Source: Hyphochytrium catenoides (taxonomy: Eukaryota > Protista > Hyphochytriomycota). From it: a DNA stretch of 62,643 bases. Each line of letters begins with the position of its first letter. Within the stretch, counting starts at the first letter, position 1. Positions 14,031 to 26,773 of the stretch are shown here, one piece after another. The DNA lies in the NCBI GenBank assembly GCA_900088475.1, contig FLMG01002713.1:1-62643 (forward strand), given 5' to 3'. A program made the translations under genes and the position numbers. Under the pieces are notes generated by a model. That model had not been told where the DNA came from. It saw only the letters and a list, made by a program, of their open reading frames with translations, and made no database searches.

Positions 14031-14618
14031 ATGATTATGGAGCCACCGCTGGACAGGAAAAGGCGGTCTTTTCTCTTCCTCTCTCTCGCAACCTTTGTGG
14101 CGATCCTTCCTCTCTTTCTGTCTCTCTCTCTCGCAATGGCTGAAGATTCAGCCGAAGTCAGGCCCTTCAAAATTAACATCCCAGACGAAAAGGTAGAGAG
14201 ACACTTAGTCCTCTCTTACTCTCTTCTCTCTCTCTGTCTCTCTCTCCTACTAGTGCTGGTATTTTTGCCTATTTGCCTGCGTTATCTCTCTCGTGTTCTT
14301 TCTCACCACACATATACAATCTCTCTTGCTCTCCCTCTATTCTTCTCTCTCTCTCTCTCTCGCAGGTGTACTGGCTCTCTTCCTAATGAGGATTCTCTTG
14401 TGTCCCTTCAATGGTTTTTCTCTGGGTTCCTCTCTCGTTCACACTCTCCATTGATAACTCTCGCTCTCTTCTTTGCTTGCCCTCCTCTCCCTCCCTCTCT
14501 CTTTCTCTCTCTCGCTCTCTTTTCTCTCTCGCTCTCTCTCCCTCGTCACTCACTCCCTCTCCTTCTTGCTCTTCTTTTTCTCTTTTTTTTCTCCTCTGTC
14601 CTCTTCTCCCTCCCTCAA

Positions 14619-14657
<39 letters not shown>

Positions 14658-15744
14658 TTTTTCTCTCTCTCTTTTTACAGCTTGAGGATCTCCGTCATCG
14701 TCTCTCTCTCGCAAAATTCCCTTCTCTTCCCGCCCGAACTGGCGCTCGAAACGAGCTCGGAGTCGAGCTTCCAGAGCTGAAAGAAGTGATCGAGAAATGG
14801 GAGAGAGACTTTAGTTGGAGAGAGAAAGAGAGAGAGCTCAACTCTCTCCCTCAGTTTATCACTAGGATAGAAGGAATTGACCTGCATTTCATCCACATCA
14901 AGGGAGAAGACAGGAGAGAGACGGGAAGAAGAGAGACAGTGAAAGAGAGAGGGAAAGAGGAAAAGAGAGAGAGAATTGCTCTTGTTCTCGTTCACGGTTG
15001 GCCATCTACAGCCTTTGACTTTGTGAAGATTATACCCTTTCTGTTGGGAGAGAAAAGAGAGAGAAATGCAGAGGAATGGAGAGAGAGAGTAGTCTTGGAC
15101 CTTATCATCCCGACTCTTCCTGGCTTTCCTCTCTCTTCTCCGCCCAAGACCGCCAAGTATGGGGCGAAGGAGGTAAGAGAAAACTTTAAGAGAACCGAGA
15201 GGGNNNNNNNNNNNNNNNNNNNNNNNNNNNNNNNNNNNNNNNNNNNNNNNNNNNNNNNNNNNNNNNNNNNNNNNNNNNNNNNNNNNNNNNNNNNNNNNNN
15301 NNNNNNNNNNNNNNNNNNNNNNNNNNNNNNNNNGGGCTAAAGAGTATGAGCGGCAGAGAATAGAGGAATTTTGGGAGGAAGAGAGAGAGAGAGAGAAGAC
15401 GAGTGGGAAAGCAACCCGGCAACCGAAAGGAAAACAAAGAGGGAACGGGGGCTGTCAAAGCAAAGTAGGAGAGAAGATGCAACCCCATCTCGGTCCTTAC
15501 GTTCTCTCCCTCCTTCTTCTTTTCTCCTCTCGGTTCTTTCTCATTGTCAACTCTCTCCTCGCTCATTCTGCACCCCTCTCTGTCTTTTTCTCTCTCTCTC
15601 TCTCCCTCCCTTCCTTCCCTCTCTGCTCTTTCTCTCTGCCTCTGTATTTTTTCTCTTTTTTTTTCTCCCCGTCTCTGTGTTCTCTCTTTGCTCTCTCCCC
15701 CCCTGGTCCAATTCTGACTCTCTTTCTCTCCTTCTTGGTTCTCT

Positions 15745-15781
<37 letters not shown>

Positions 15782-17186
15782 GATGGCACGTCTCTTCGCC
15801 CAGCTGGTCCGTCGCCTCGGTTATTCTTCCTACTTCGCCCAAGGAGGAGACTGGGGCAGTCTCATTGTTCCGTTTATGGCAATGCACGAGGAAGAGAGAG
15901 AGAGAAAGGGAGAAGACAATCGTCTCCTTGGCATTCATACAAACGGGGCGATGGTGCTCCCTCCTCTCTCTCTCTGGAAGCCTCTCTCTTCTCTCTCCAC
16001 ACTTCTCTCTCTCCTCTTCCCTTCTCTCTACTTTGACGACTATGAGAGAGAGAAACTCTCCTACATGAGAAGTTCTCTCCTGAAAGAGGTGGGATACTTT
16101 CTCAAGCAGACCACCAAGCCTTTAACGATAGGAGTTGCGCTAGAAAACTCTCCTGTCTCTCTCGCCGCGTGGATGCTTGAGAAATATGTGACGTGGACTG
16201 ACAGTGCGAGAAAGAGAGAGAGAGAAGGAGACAGAGAAGAAGAGATTGGTGGAGAAGCACTGAATATCACAGAGCATCTGGATCTCTCTCTTCATTCTTT
16301 ACAGGGCAGTTTCTCTCTTGACGAGATCCTCACGACTCTCTCTCTCTACTGGTTGACAGACTCTGTCACCTCTTCCATTATGATGTACCACAACTCCATA
16401 GAGATGGATCTCTCTTCTTTCTCTTCGTCTCTCTCTCTCTCTACCAAGAAAACGCCTGTTGCCATCGCGGATTTTCCTATGGAGATTATCTGGGCACCGC
16501 GCCGCTGGGCCGCCTACCATTTCTCTAACATGATCCAGCACACCAGGATGCCGAAAGGTAAGCAAGAGCTCTCTCTCTTTCTCTCCTTGTCTCTCTCTCT
16601 CTCATGTAAAGCCTTCCGCCTGAGAGTCGTCAATTCTTCTTCTCTCTCTTCCGGACATCCCTCTTTCTCTCTCTCTCTCTCTCCCTCTCCATGTCTTTCT
16701 CTCTATCCTTCTCTCTTTTTCTCTCCCTTTCTCTCCCTCTCTCTCTCATTATCCCACCTCTCTCCCTCTTCTCATGCTAGCAGTATATATCCCAGGCTCT
16801 TCATTATTCTTCCTTGCATTAGTGGACGCCCTCCTTTCCCACTGCTCATCAATTCCTTCTTTCTTTCTCTCGTGCTCTTCGTCTTTTTCTGTGTCTCCCT
16901 CAGTCTGTCCCTGAGCTAGAAGCATCTCTCTGCATTTGCTGGTCACACTCCTTTCGATCTTCTTTCTCTCCCTTTCGCGGTTCATGCCTCCCTCCTTGGC
17001 ATTATTTTTCTAATCTTCCACGCTCTAACTTCTTGTGCTCTCCGCCATTGTCACTCTTTAGGCGGCCATTTCGCAGCTCTCGAGCAGCCCGAGCTGTTAT
17101 CTCAAGATATCCTCAAGTTCATTGGCAAAGTGATCAAGCAGAGGAGGAAGGCCTCTACCGGGGAAGCGGAGAAAAAAGAGCTTTGA
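14031..17186 (+). CDS. Microsomal-type epoxide hydrolase (EPHX1/JHEH family, alpha/beta hydrolase), 4 exons
   Basis: Exons 14031-14192, 14681-15172, 15783-16557, 17062-17186. The product has an N-terminal hydrophobic segment, an EHN region (VRPFKINIP, IEGIDLHFIH), HGWP, nucleophile QGGDWG, lid tyrosines (GYFLKQTTKP, SIMMY), acid FPMEI and catalytic His GGHFAALEQP. It ends KKEL-TGA. Confidence 0.92.
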
Positions 17187-17329
17187 AACTTCTGTGTAGA
17201 CTCTTCTTCAAAGTGCTAATCTTCTCTAATTCTCGTCTCTGAACCCTCGACTGCCTCCTTCCAAGGAAAGAGAGAGCCCTCGACTTGCGAGGAGAGAGAG
17301 ATCCAGATCTTCATATAACAGAAAGGTTA

Positions 17330-17690
17330 ATCGAATTCTGAAGCTTTTTTCTGAAGCTTTTTCATTGAGAAATTGTTTGGTAGTTATTCTCGGGCAGAAT
17401 CGTTCTCTAGGATAATATACCGTCTATGACCTATTCTAGTAGTGTAGCCTTGTAGCCTTTCCACCCTAAGTTCAGGGACTTGGGCGCCTTAATTTCGGAC
17501 TACTTTTATTTTTTAAAACCTCCAACTATGGCGCCAAGAACAGTTTAGTAGGTTAGTTGGAACTATTCAGAATATCATTTCGATTATCCTAGATGATGAG
17601 CTGTTCAGTGTGATAAATATGGAATTCGAGTTTTACATGTTGAGGGATTGAAGACAAGGAAAGAGATCAAAAAGTCAAGGTCGAAAGATG
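17330..17690. promoter_or_regulatory. Putative promoter island upstream of the Myb/HMG gene
   Basis: Repeat-free AT-rich stretch between the epoxide hydrolase stop and the next gene start. Confidence 0.45.
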
Positions 17691-17691
17691 G

Positions 17692-17767
<76 letters not shown>

Positions 17768-17974
17768 CTCTTTCCCGTGGGCGTTGCTGGGGAGGCAGCA
17801 TCACTCCGAAGAAGAGAAGCAAAGAAAGAACACAGACACCAAAGGAGAGGGTCGCCTCGCCCTGAAACATCTATGAAGTCAACACCTTCGGCGATACGCT
17901 TCTCTTCTGGCTCGTGATAAGAGAGAGAGAAAGAAAAAAGAGAGAGAGAGAAGTGGCCAGTAAGGAGTTGAAAG

Positions 17975-18989
17975 ATGCCAGAGATGCCTGTCCCTGCGGC
18001 TGAAGAGATTCCCACGCCCGAGGATGAAGAGAGAGAGAAAAGAGAGAGAGACGCAGCGGCCTCTCCCTCTCCCGTCGAGAGAGAGAGAAATATGCCCCTG
18101 ACTGAGACGGAGCCAATGGGAAGGATGTCTCTGCGGAAGAGACGCCACACAGAGGTCGCAAAAGTAGAGGACAAGAAAGAGAAGCCTCAAAAACAAGAGG
18201 AGAAAGGAAAAGAAGAGACAGCGCCCTCCCCGATGACAGTGGAGAACGGGGAACAGGAGCGAGAGGAAGAGAGAAAGAAGAGAGAGAGAGAGAAAGAGAG
18301 AGAGAAAGGCCCCAAACTCTGGGGTAAGTATGGCGTGTCAGAGATTCATCATCTGTGCGACACCATTGCCGCACGGCTCTCTCAAGCAGAGGAACCTGCA
18401 GAGGGAGAAAGGCCGAAGCCTCAACGTAAGACATCTCGATCCTTTCCTTTCCTTATTTTCACTCTCTCTCTCTCTCNNNNNNNNNNNNNNNNNNNNNNNN
18501 NNNCCCCCTTTCTTCTCTCTTTCCTTCTTGCTCCTTCTTTCTCTCTCTCTCTTTCTCTCGCCCTCTACCTCTCTTTCTTCTACCTCTCTATCGCTTTCGC
18601 TTCCCTCTCTTTCTCCTTCTCTCTCTCTCTTTTTCTCCTCTTTCTCCATGTATGGTCCTCTGCTCATCCTCTTTCTCCATGTGTCACTTTGGCTTCCAGT
18701 CACACTTTTCTCCTTCCTTTCCCTTTACATCTCTTTCTCTCTCTCTCTGCCTTCAACTCTACTTGTCTCTGTGTCCATGGAGCTTTTTCTCTTAACTGGT
18801 CGCAGGGGCGCCAAAACTCTCTCTCTCTCTGTCTTTCTCTGGCTCTGTCTTCTCTCTCCTCTTGCTGTCGCTTAAAGTTGCCCTGTCTCTTCCTATCCCC
18901 CTATCGCCTCTTACCTTAGGGTGCTCTCACCTCAGAGTCTCTCCCTCGCCTTTCACCCTCTTTCCGTTCGTGACTCTTTCTCTCTCTCG

Positions 18990-19032
<43 letters not shown>

Positions 19033-19287
19033 CTCTCTCTCTCTTCAGACTGTCTCGACTGGGTTGTGATCTCCTCAGAAATGAAGGACAAAGACCCTGC
19101 GTTAGATTGGACTCCTCGGTGAGCAGCTGCGGGGAAGGACAGACTCTTTGTCTGTCTGTCTGTCTCTCTCTCTGCCTCTCTCTCTTACTCTTTTCAGTCC
19201 CCTCCATATCGATGTCTAGTCACTCTGGTTATCTCTCTCTGTCGCCCTCCTATTCTCTTACCCACACTCTTTCTCTTTCTCTCTCTC

Positions 19288-19328
<41 letters not shown>

Positions 19329-19712
19329 CTCTTTGGTTGTCAGTGAGTGTCAGTTGCTCTGGCGGTTCATCGCTTATGGTTCAGAAAGAGGAGAAGAGGA
19401 AGAATCTGGCCTCGAGGGAGACACTGACCCAGAGGACATGGAGCAGAGTAGCAAACTAGCGCTCAAGAGTCAGTCTCTCTCTTTCTTTCTCTCTCTTACT
19501 TTCTTTGTTTCTCCCTCCTCTCTCTCTTTCCTTTAGTTCCTATTCTATATCTCTTTGCCTTTTATATCTGCTACTACCGGTTTCCTCAATGTGCGCTCTT
19601 TCTTGTCCTGCCTTTCTGTCTCCCTCTCTCTCTCTCTCTNNNNNNNNNNNNNNNNNNNNNNNNNNNNNNNNNNNNNNNNNNNNNNNNNNNNNNNNNNCTC
19701 TCTCTCTCTCTG

Positions 19713-19744
<32 letters not shown>

Positions 19745-20820
19745 CTTTGTCTTACGTTTCCTTTTCGCAGGGGATAATCACAAAGAAGGAATGCCAGCGG
19801 CGGTACCTGGGAAAAAAAGAAAGAGAGAGAGAGTGAGAATCGACGAACTGCACCGCCACGGAGACACTGGGCTCTTTGATACAAATACAGGCGGAGGGAA
19901 CGGAGAGAGAGAGAGCCTCTCTCCCTCCCTCTCTCCTTCTCCTCCTTCTCTTTACTCTGTCATTCGCAACTCCGCGGGTCCTCTCTCTCTCTCGGGACTG
20001 GGAGGAGGGAAAGGAAAAGGAGCTGCACTAGGAAAGAAAGGGAGAGGCGGCCTCACTCCCGACCAAAAGAAAGAGAAAAAGCAGAAAAAGCAAGGACAGG
20101 TTCTCTCTCCCTCTTTTGCCGCTGCTCCTCTGTCTTCCCATAGCCACAGCACACCAACAGCACAGAAGCCGAAGACAGGAGGAGAGAAAGAAGAAGAAGA
20201 GAGAGAGAAAGAGAGAGAAGAGACCGCAGGCGGTGGAGGAGACAAGAGCAAACAAGCGGACGAGATCATTCAAAAGTTAGGACTAAAACGGCCAAGAAGG
20301 GCAAGAACACCGAGAGAAATCTTCGTAACGTAAGGAGACTTCTGTCTCTTCGATCGCTTCTCTTTCTCTTTCCTTTCCCATATTTGCCTCTCTCTCTCTC
20401 TCTCTCTCCGCCCCTATGCCCTTTCCTAATGTCTCTCTGTCTCTCTCTGAGATTCCTTTCAATTCCTTTTTTGTCTCTTTCCTTTATTTCCCTTGGAAAT
20501 AAGGCGTCTCTCTCTGTCTCTTTCTCTCTTGATTCTTTGTTTTTGTCTTCTTGAGGCTTTCACGGTCCTTTCATCCGTCTTAACCCCACTCCTCTTTCTG
20601 TCTTCCTTCTCTCTCTCTCTACAATTCTTTCTTCTGCTCTCTCTCTCTCTCTCCTCTTCTTCTCTCTCCCTTGCCCTTGCTCCGGAACTAAGCATGATCC
20701 ATTTTTCTCTCTCTCTCAGCGAGTATTTGAGGGCGACGAAGGCGAGCGGCCCTAGGAAACAGAACCAACTAGATGCAGTAGAGAAATGGACAGCCATGTC
20801 AGACGAGACCAAGGAGGTAC

Positions 20821-20859
<39 letters not shown>

Positions 20860-21195
20860 GTTTCTGCTTTCTCTGCGTTCTGTCTTTTCTCTTCTTCAGT
20901 CTGTCTTCTGTCTCTCAGCTTCTCCTCTTGCTTCTCTGGAGTTTTTGACCAAAGTCATTGTCAGCTGTGCTTTTCTCCTCTTCTCTCTTCAGAGCTCTCT
21001 CTATAGATCTGTCATCGTTCTTGTCTTTCTCATGTCCGGGTTCTCGGGAACATCTTCTTCCTTTTGCTCTCTCTCTTTCTCTTTTTTATCTCTCGTCTTT
21101 TTGTTCTCTTTCGTTTCTTCTCATATCAGCTTTCTCTTTCAATTTCTTCCTCTCTCGTCCTTCTCACTCTCGTCTCCTTTCCATCCCTTTTGTCT

Positions 21196-21233
<38 letters not shown>

Positions 21234-21564
21234 CTCTGTGTCTGTCTGTCTGTCTTTCGCCATTCTCACGCTCTCTCTCTCTCTCTTTCTCTCTTGGCCT
21301 CTTTATCTCCATCCCTTCCCTTCTGTCTGCAGCCTTACGCGAGGCAAGCTCAGGAAGACAGAGTGCGATATAACTCAGAGCTCGCACGCTTGGACTCCAC
21401 AGTGAGAGAGAAACTCGGGCTCGGACCGTCCGACGCTCTCCCTTTTCTCTCTCCCAAACCACTTAAACTCACTCCCAGAACAAAGGTTGAAAAGGTGAGA
21501 CCTGGAAGATGAAAGAGTCTCAGTCTTAGGCGGAAAAACGGAAGAGATTGGAGAGAGAAGGAGC

Positions 21565-21620
<56 letters not shown>

Positions 21621-22029
21621 ACAAGCTTGGCCACTGAAAACCGAACCGGCAAAGTGGGACAAGAGAATTTGAAAGAGTAGTGAGGGAGATCAAGATGGTA
21701 AGAGAGAAGGGAGTAAGGGAGAGAGAAAGATACTCTTCACTATATACACACTCCCCGTTCGTCGGTCTGTCTGTCTGTCTCTCTCTCTCTCTCACTCTTT
21801 CTCTCTCTTCTTACGTGGAGCTAACAATATCGTTTTGTCAGTCCAACAGCATTGAAACAGTCTCAAGCACGGCCCACAAGGGAGTAGGAGAGAGCAAGAG
21901 AGAAGAGACCGGCAAGCAGGCAAACGAGAAGAAGACAGGAGTAAGGCCATCATCTCTCCTTCCTTGTGTGTGTGTGTCTCTCTCTCCTTGATGTCGTTCT
22001 AAAGCCTGTGCACTTAGAGCAACTTCTTT

Positions 22030-22060
<31 letters not shown>

Positions 22061-22071
22061 GTCTCTCTCTG

Positions 22072-22103
<32 letters not shown>

Positions 22104-22494
22104 TCTCTCTCACTCTCTCTCTCTGTCTCTCTCTCTCTCTTTTTGCTTCTTAGCACTCTTCTGATACGCCCCCCTTTGGCTCTTCCTAGCGACCTTTTCT
22201 CCTTTTCTCTCTCATCTTTCTTCCCCTTCTCTTTCCTTTTCTTTTCTGCCCTGAGTGCATCTTAATACTTCTCCCTCGCTGTCGATCTGTCTGTCCTTTC
22301 CCCATCCAATCTTCTTCTCTCTCTCTCTCTTCCCTTTTGTGTCTCTCTCGTCTTTCTCTTTCTTTCTTTCGATACCTCCCGCGCTCTTCAATTCTCTTGC
22401 GCTAAATCAGTACCTCGGGGCCTCTCTCTTGTCTGTTTATGCCATGTGGATACTTTATTGGGAGTGGTTCTCTAAACCTTCTCTCTCTCTCTCT

Positions 22495-22532
<38 letters not shown>

Positions 22533-23183
22533 ATCTCTCTCTCTATGTCTGTGTACTCATCGAACTTTTTAAAATAGGCGAAAGAACGGGAGACAACTTT
22601 GACTGGTGGACAACCTTCCACCACTTTCTCTTCTCTCTCTTCCTCTCCCCCTTCCTATCTTTCTCCGGGGTCCCAGGTGACCGCACAACAGTTACAAGGA
22701 GCAGCGACTATGATGACAATCAGAGAGCAGCGTGTTCCTTCTCTCTCTCTCTCTTCTCTCTCTCCTCTCCCATCCGCTGCTCCCTCCGCCTCTCTCTCTC
22801 TCCAACCTGGGGGACCCTTTCCTCGCGCTCTAACGCCTCTCTCTCGAGGATTCGGCACCAGCGGGAGAGGAAAAGGAAAGACAGGAGAGAAACATGGTGC
22901 TTCTCTCTCTTTCCCCTCAACTTCTCCCTCTGCTGGACGCGGCCTCGCGCTCAACTACACCAGAGACACAACAGGAAGACCTCAAGGGTCGGCAGCGGAT
23001 AGCAGAAGAGATACAGAAGAAAGAGAAACTGAGAAAGAGAGAGAGACTGGCCCTTCTTACACCTTCAACCCTTTGGACCTTCTCTCTGCAGCTTCTAACA
23101 TTGCAGAAACAGCGAGTAACCAGGAGTCGCAGATGCGATCTCTTCCCTCGATCGGGCAAAAACCTAATGGTGCCTCCTCATAG
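17975..23183 (+). CDS. Nuclear protein with an N-terminal Myb/SANT-like domain and an HMG box, 8 exons
   Basis: Exons 17975-18425, 19049-19118, 19344-19468, 19771-20329, 20720-20816, 21333-21494, 21842-21940, 22578-23183 splice in frame. HMG-like segment: PRRARTPREIFVTEYL...EKWTAMSDETKEPYARQAQEDRVRYNSEL. Trp-spaced helical segment: LWGKY...LDWVVISSEM...WTPRECQLLWRFIAYG. The Myb call and the start codon are less certain. Confidence 0.72.
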
Positions 23184-23275
23184 AACTGCCGAGAACGAGG
23201 TAGATGAAGAGAGAGAGAGACAGAAAGAGGGAGAGAGAGAGACAGAAAGCGGGAGAGAGAGAGACAGAAAGAGGC

Positions 23276-23308
<33 letters not shown>

Positions 23309-23651
23309 AAGAGAGAGGAGACCAGGTGCCTATATTATATAGGGCGAAACTGAGTCATAAGAAGATTTGCCTCATTCTCCTTAACTTGTGGGCAGAAAGA
23401 ACAACCCTCAATCGCGGCCCACTTACTCTCACGCTTCCCTTTTTTTTTTTCTCTCTCTCTCTGTTCCGAGTTCAGCCTATCTCTTTCTTTCTTGCCCCTC
23501 ATCTTCCTCTTCTCTTTCTCTTTCTCTCCTTCGCCCTGCAAGTCAAGGTCTCTCCTCGTCTTCCGCCAAAAGTGCTTAAACAAGCACAGAAGTTTCCCTT
23601 GATCTTCAAGACAAGTGTCTCTCTCTCTCTCTCTCCAGTCCTTGTCCTCCT

Positions 23652-24819
23652 CTAGGGCCGAAGGACCGTGATGTTGGCCCCAGTCTTGACATCTTCGTCC
23701 GTCATAGAAAACAGTGCGTCCAGCAGATGGAGACGCAGGGTTCCTGGCCCTTTCACTTGCCCTGAGGCCATTGCCTTCTCTGCTGCTAATCCGAAGATTG
23801 ACATTGCGTAAGCCGTTGCCTCCAAGACTGACTCTTCTTCAGGTTTTGCGGCTATATACGCAGCGACTAGAGCCGTGACCGCACATCCAGAGGCGGTGAT
23901 CTGCTGGAGCATCGGCGCGCCGTTATTCACGGCAATGATGACATTGCCATCGGTAATATAGTCCGTCTTCCCTGATGCTCATAGATAAAAACGAGAGAAG
24001 TGCGGTATTTCAGAGATTCTGATGGAGTTTTCAGACACAGTAAATGTATGGAAAGGGTCTGAATTCTTGAGATTATTGGCCTTTTTCGATCTACCTGACA
24101 CAGCCACGACGCATTCATGCTTGAGGGCAAAGGCTTTGGCAACCTCAACAGCTGACTCTGCAGTGTCGGTACTATCAACGCCTTTACCGCTTCCTTGCGC
24201 CAAAGTGTGGCCTAAGGCTAAGATCTCTGAGGCGTTGCCTCGTACAACTGCAGGTTTGAAGCGAAGAAGATGCCTGCAGACGTCGGATCTGCAAGAAAAC
24301 GAGGGAACCTTAGGTAAATTCTGAAACGGAAGGACTGAGCGCCGAAGAGAGAGAGAAGCACAAAGGGCGGACTGACGGAGAGAGAGATGAGAAATCGAAC
24401 TAAGAAGAAAAAAAGGTCTCCGACAACAGACAGAGAGACGGACAGATATAGACAAACAGGCAGACAGACAAAGAACGGAGAGCCAGAGGGGAGAGAAAGC
24501 TCTAGAGAGTAAGAGAGAGTGAGGGGGAGAGAGAGAGAAAGAGAAAGAGAGAGAGAGAGAGAGTGTTCCCCACCTATACGAGGTTGCTCCTGCGCCGACA
24601 GGGTCCAGCACCCACTTCTTCCCTTCATCCTGCGCCACCCTGACCGCCAACTCGTAGCTCTGTGCCCATCGATCGTCTAAGGTCCCAATGTTGATCAGCA
24701 AACCGCCAGGAATCTTTCCAAACTCTTCCACTTCTTGCACCGCGTGGACCATCGCAGGACTGCAGCCGGCAGAGAGAAGAACCTGCCGGGAAAGTAGGGA
24801 GCGGACGGGCAAAGAAGAG

Positions 24820-24873
<54 letters not shown>

Positions 24874-24982
24874 AAGAAAGAGAAAGAAAGAAAGGGAGAA
24901 AGAAAGAAAAAGAAAGAAGGAGAGAGAGAGAGAGAGGCAAAGAAGAGAAAGAAAGAAAGGGAGAAAGAAAGAAAAAGAAAGA

Positions 24983-25020
<38 letters not shown>

Positions 25021-25266
25021 ATGCAGACAAATTGAGTGAGCAAAAAGAAGAGGGAGGCGGAGGAGGAAAGAGAAGAGAGACGGAGAAAGACAGAGAGAGA
25101 GAGTGAGAGAGAAAAATAGGTTTGATAGAGAACATGAGCAAAAAGAAGAGGGAGGGAAGAGGAAAGGCGAGGACTCAGATGAATGGGAATCCGCATAACG
25201 GAAAAGGACAAGGGAAAGAAAAAGAGAGAGACACACAAAAAAGCAAAAGCAATTGGTAGTCAACCC

Positions 25267-25319
<53 letters not shown>

Positions 25320-25934
25320 TTGCGGAGCGAGACAGAAGGGAAAGGGGTCTGAGGGAAAGAGAGGAACAAACAAAACATTTGGCGTACATTTGCCATCAGG
25401 TCCATAGAAACCCTGCGGCATAAAGAGAGAGAGAGAGAAATTAAGGTGGTCAAAACCGACTAGTCTCTCTCTCTCACTCTCCCTCTTTCTTTGCTACACA
25501 CTGGTTGCCTTTCCTTCCCTGTCTCTTTCTCTTCAACGCTCCTCCCTTTCTCTCCGTTTGTCTCGGCCTGCGGTACCCCTTTTTCATCCCTATTGTCTTT
25601 TCTCCTTACTTTCTCTCTTCCTGTCTCTTTTTCTCTCTCTTTTTTCTTCTGGTTTCCCATCAAGCAAACTTGTCCCTCGGTAGGCCTCGATCTCTCACAT
25701 AAAGCCTCTCTCTCTCTCTCTCTACACTGCCTCTCTTCCTTATTGTCTCGTCTTGCCGTCTTCCTTATCTGTTACTTCCCTGTCCGCCCTCTCCCTAAAG
25801 GCATTCTCTTCATCATTCTCTTAGGTCGACGGGCCCCTGGCTTACATGTTAGTTATGCAATGTGTCAACGGGTTCTTCTTCCTGACGGCCGCCATACAGG
25901 CCGCAGCCCGCTCGGCATAGATTTGGTCAGTCAT
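23652..25934 (-). CDS. THIM: Hydroxyethylthiazole kinase (thiamine salvage), 5 exons
   Basis: Exons 25934-25846, 25412-25388 (25-nt microexon), 24782-24574, 24288-24095, 23971-23652. Motifs: PLTHCITNMVSMDLMANVLLSAGCSPAM, LINIGTL, WVLDPVGAGATSYR, VRGNASEI, GKGVDS, ITASGC, GPGT. Ends in TAG. Confidence 0.95.
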
Positions 25935-26326
25935 CGCGTGTTCCCTTAGCCTTGTCCTACTGGGCGATAAGAGCCGTGACCCTCGGCGGAGTCCTAGATG
26001 GGAGAGTAAAATTGCCGAAGAAAGAAATGAATGCTGTTTCTGGAAGAAAGAGGGAGTCGAAGAAGACAGAGGCAGCGGAGCAGAGACACAGGGATGCTTG
26101 GCGATAGGGATGATAGAGCCACGATGATCTCTGCTTCGAAGCTTTTCTGAAGATTGCTTCATCGGCAAAAAATTCCTTCAACAGATCTTCCGTTTCAAGG
26201 ATGGCATATCCCTAATATTTGCCTTCTTAGGTCTATTTATATCTAATAAGTGTAAATTTGATTTGAGATAATGGCCGTGACTCTATTTATTGATGAAAGC
26301 TGAAGAAGGTCAGAAGCGGCGAGCAG

Positions 26327-26361
<35 letters not shown>

Positions 26362-26661
26362 GGAGAGAGAGGGAGAGAGAGAGAGAGAGAGACTCGTAGT
26401 TCACTGTGTGTGTGTGACTGCTTTTGCGCTAGAGCAGCTTTTCTCTGTGCATTTCACTTTATCTCTCCTGGCTGTAGACGTCTCTCTGTCTCCCGCCAGG
26501 TAGGAACTAGTGCAAAGAAGAAAGAGGTGAAGGTCACACGGGAGAGAGAGACCGCGCGTGCGAGAGAGAGAGAGCGAGAGAGAGAGAGGCAGCGCTTCAA
26601 CCGCAAGCCAGCAGTACGAAGGCTCTTCCTTCCTCCGAGTGGTTTCCACTGAGTGGTCAGA

Positions 26662-26738
26662 TTACTGGGATCCAGCAGGGATAAACCGCTCAGGCGGAGT
26701 CCACTGTGCCCATAACAAAGAAAGAAAGAATGAAAGAA

Positions 26739-26773
<35 letters not shown>

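Noticed and set aside
17334-26152. gaagc(t)nctgaag words at about 17340 and 26138 as heat-shock elements
   Set aside because: The spacing does not match alternating nGAAn pentamers, and there are only two loci.
23330-26300. Canonical TPP riboswitch in THIM introns or UTRs
   Set aside because: No sense-strand CUGAGA...CCUGA...GCGUAGGGA arrangement was found. The gcgtaggga near 38126 is antisense within a calpain exon.
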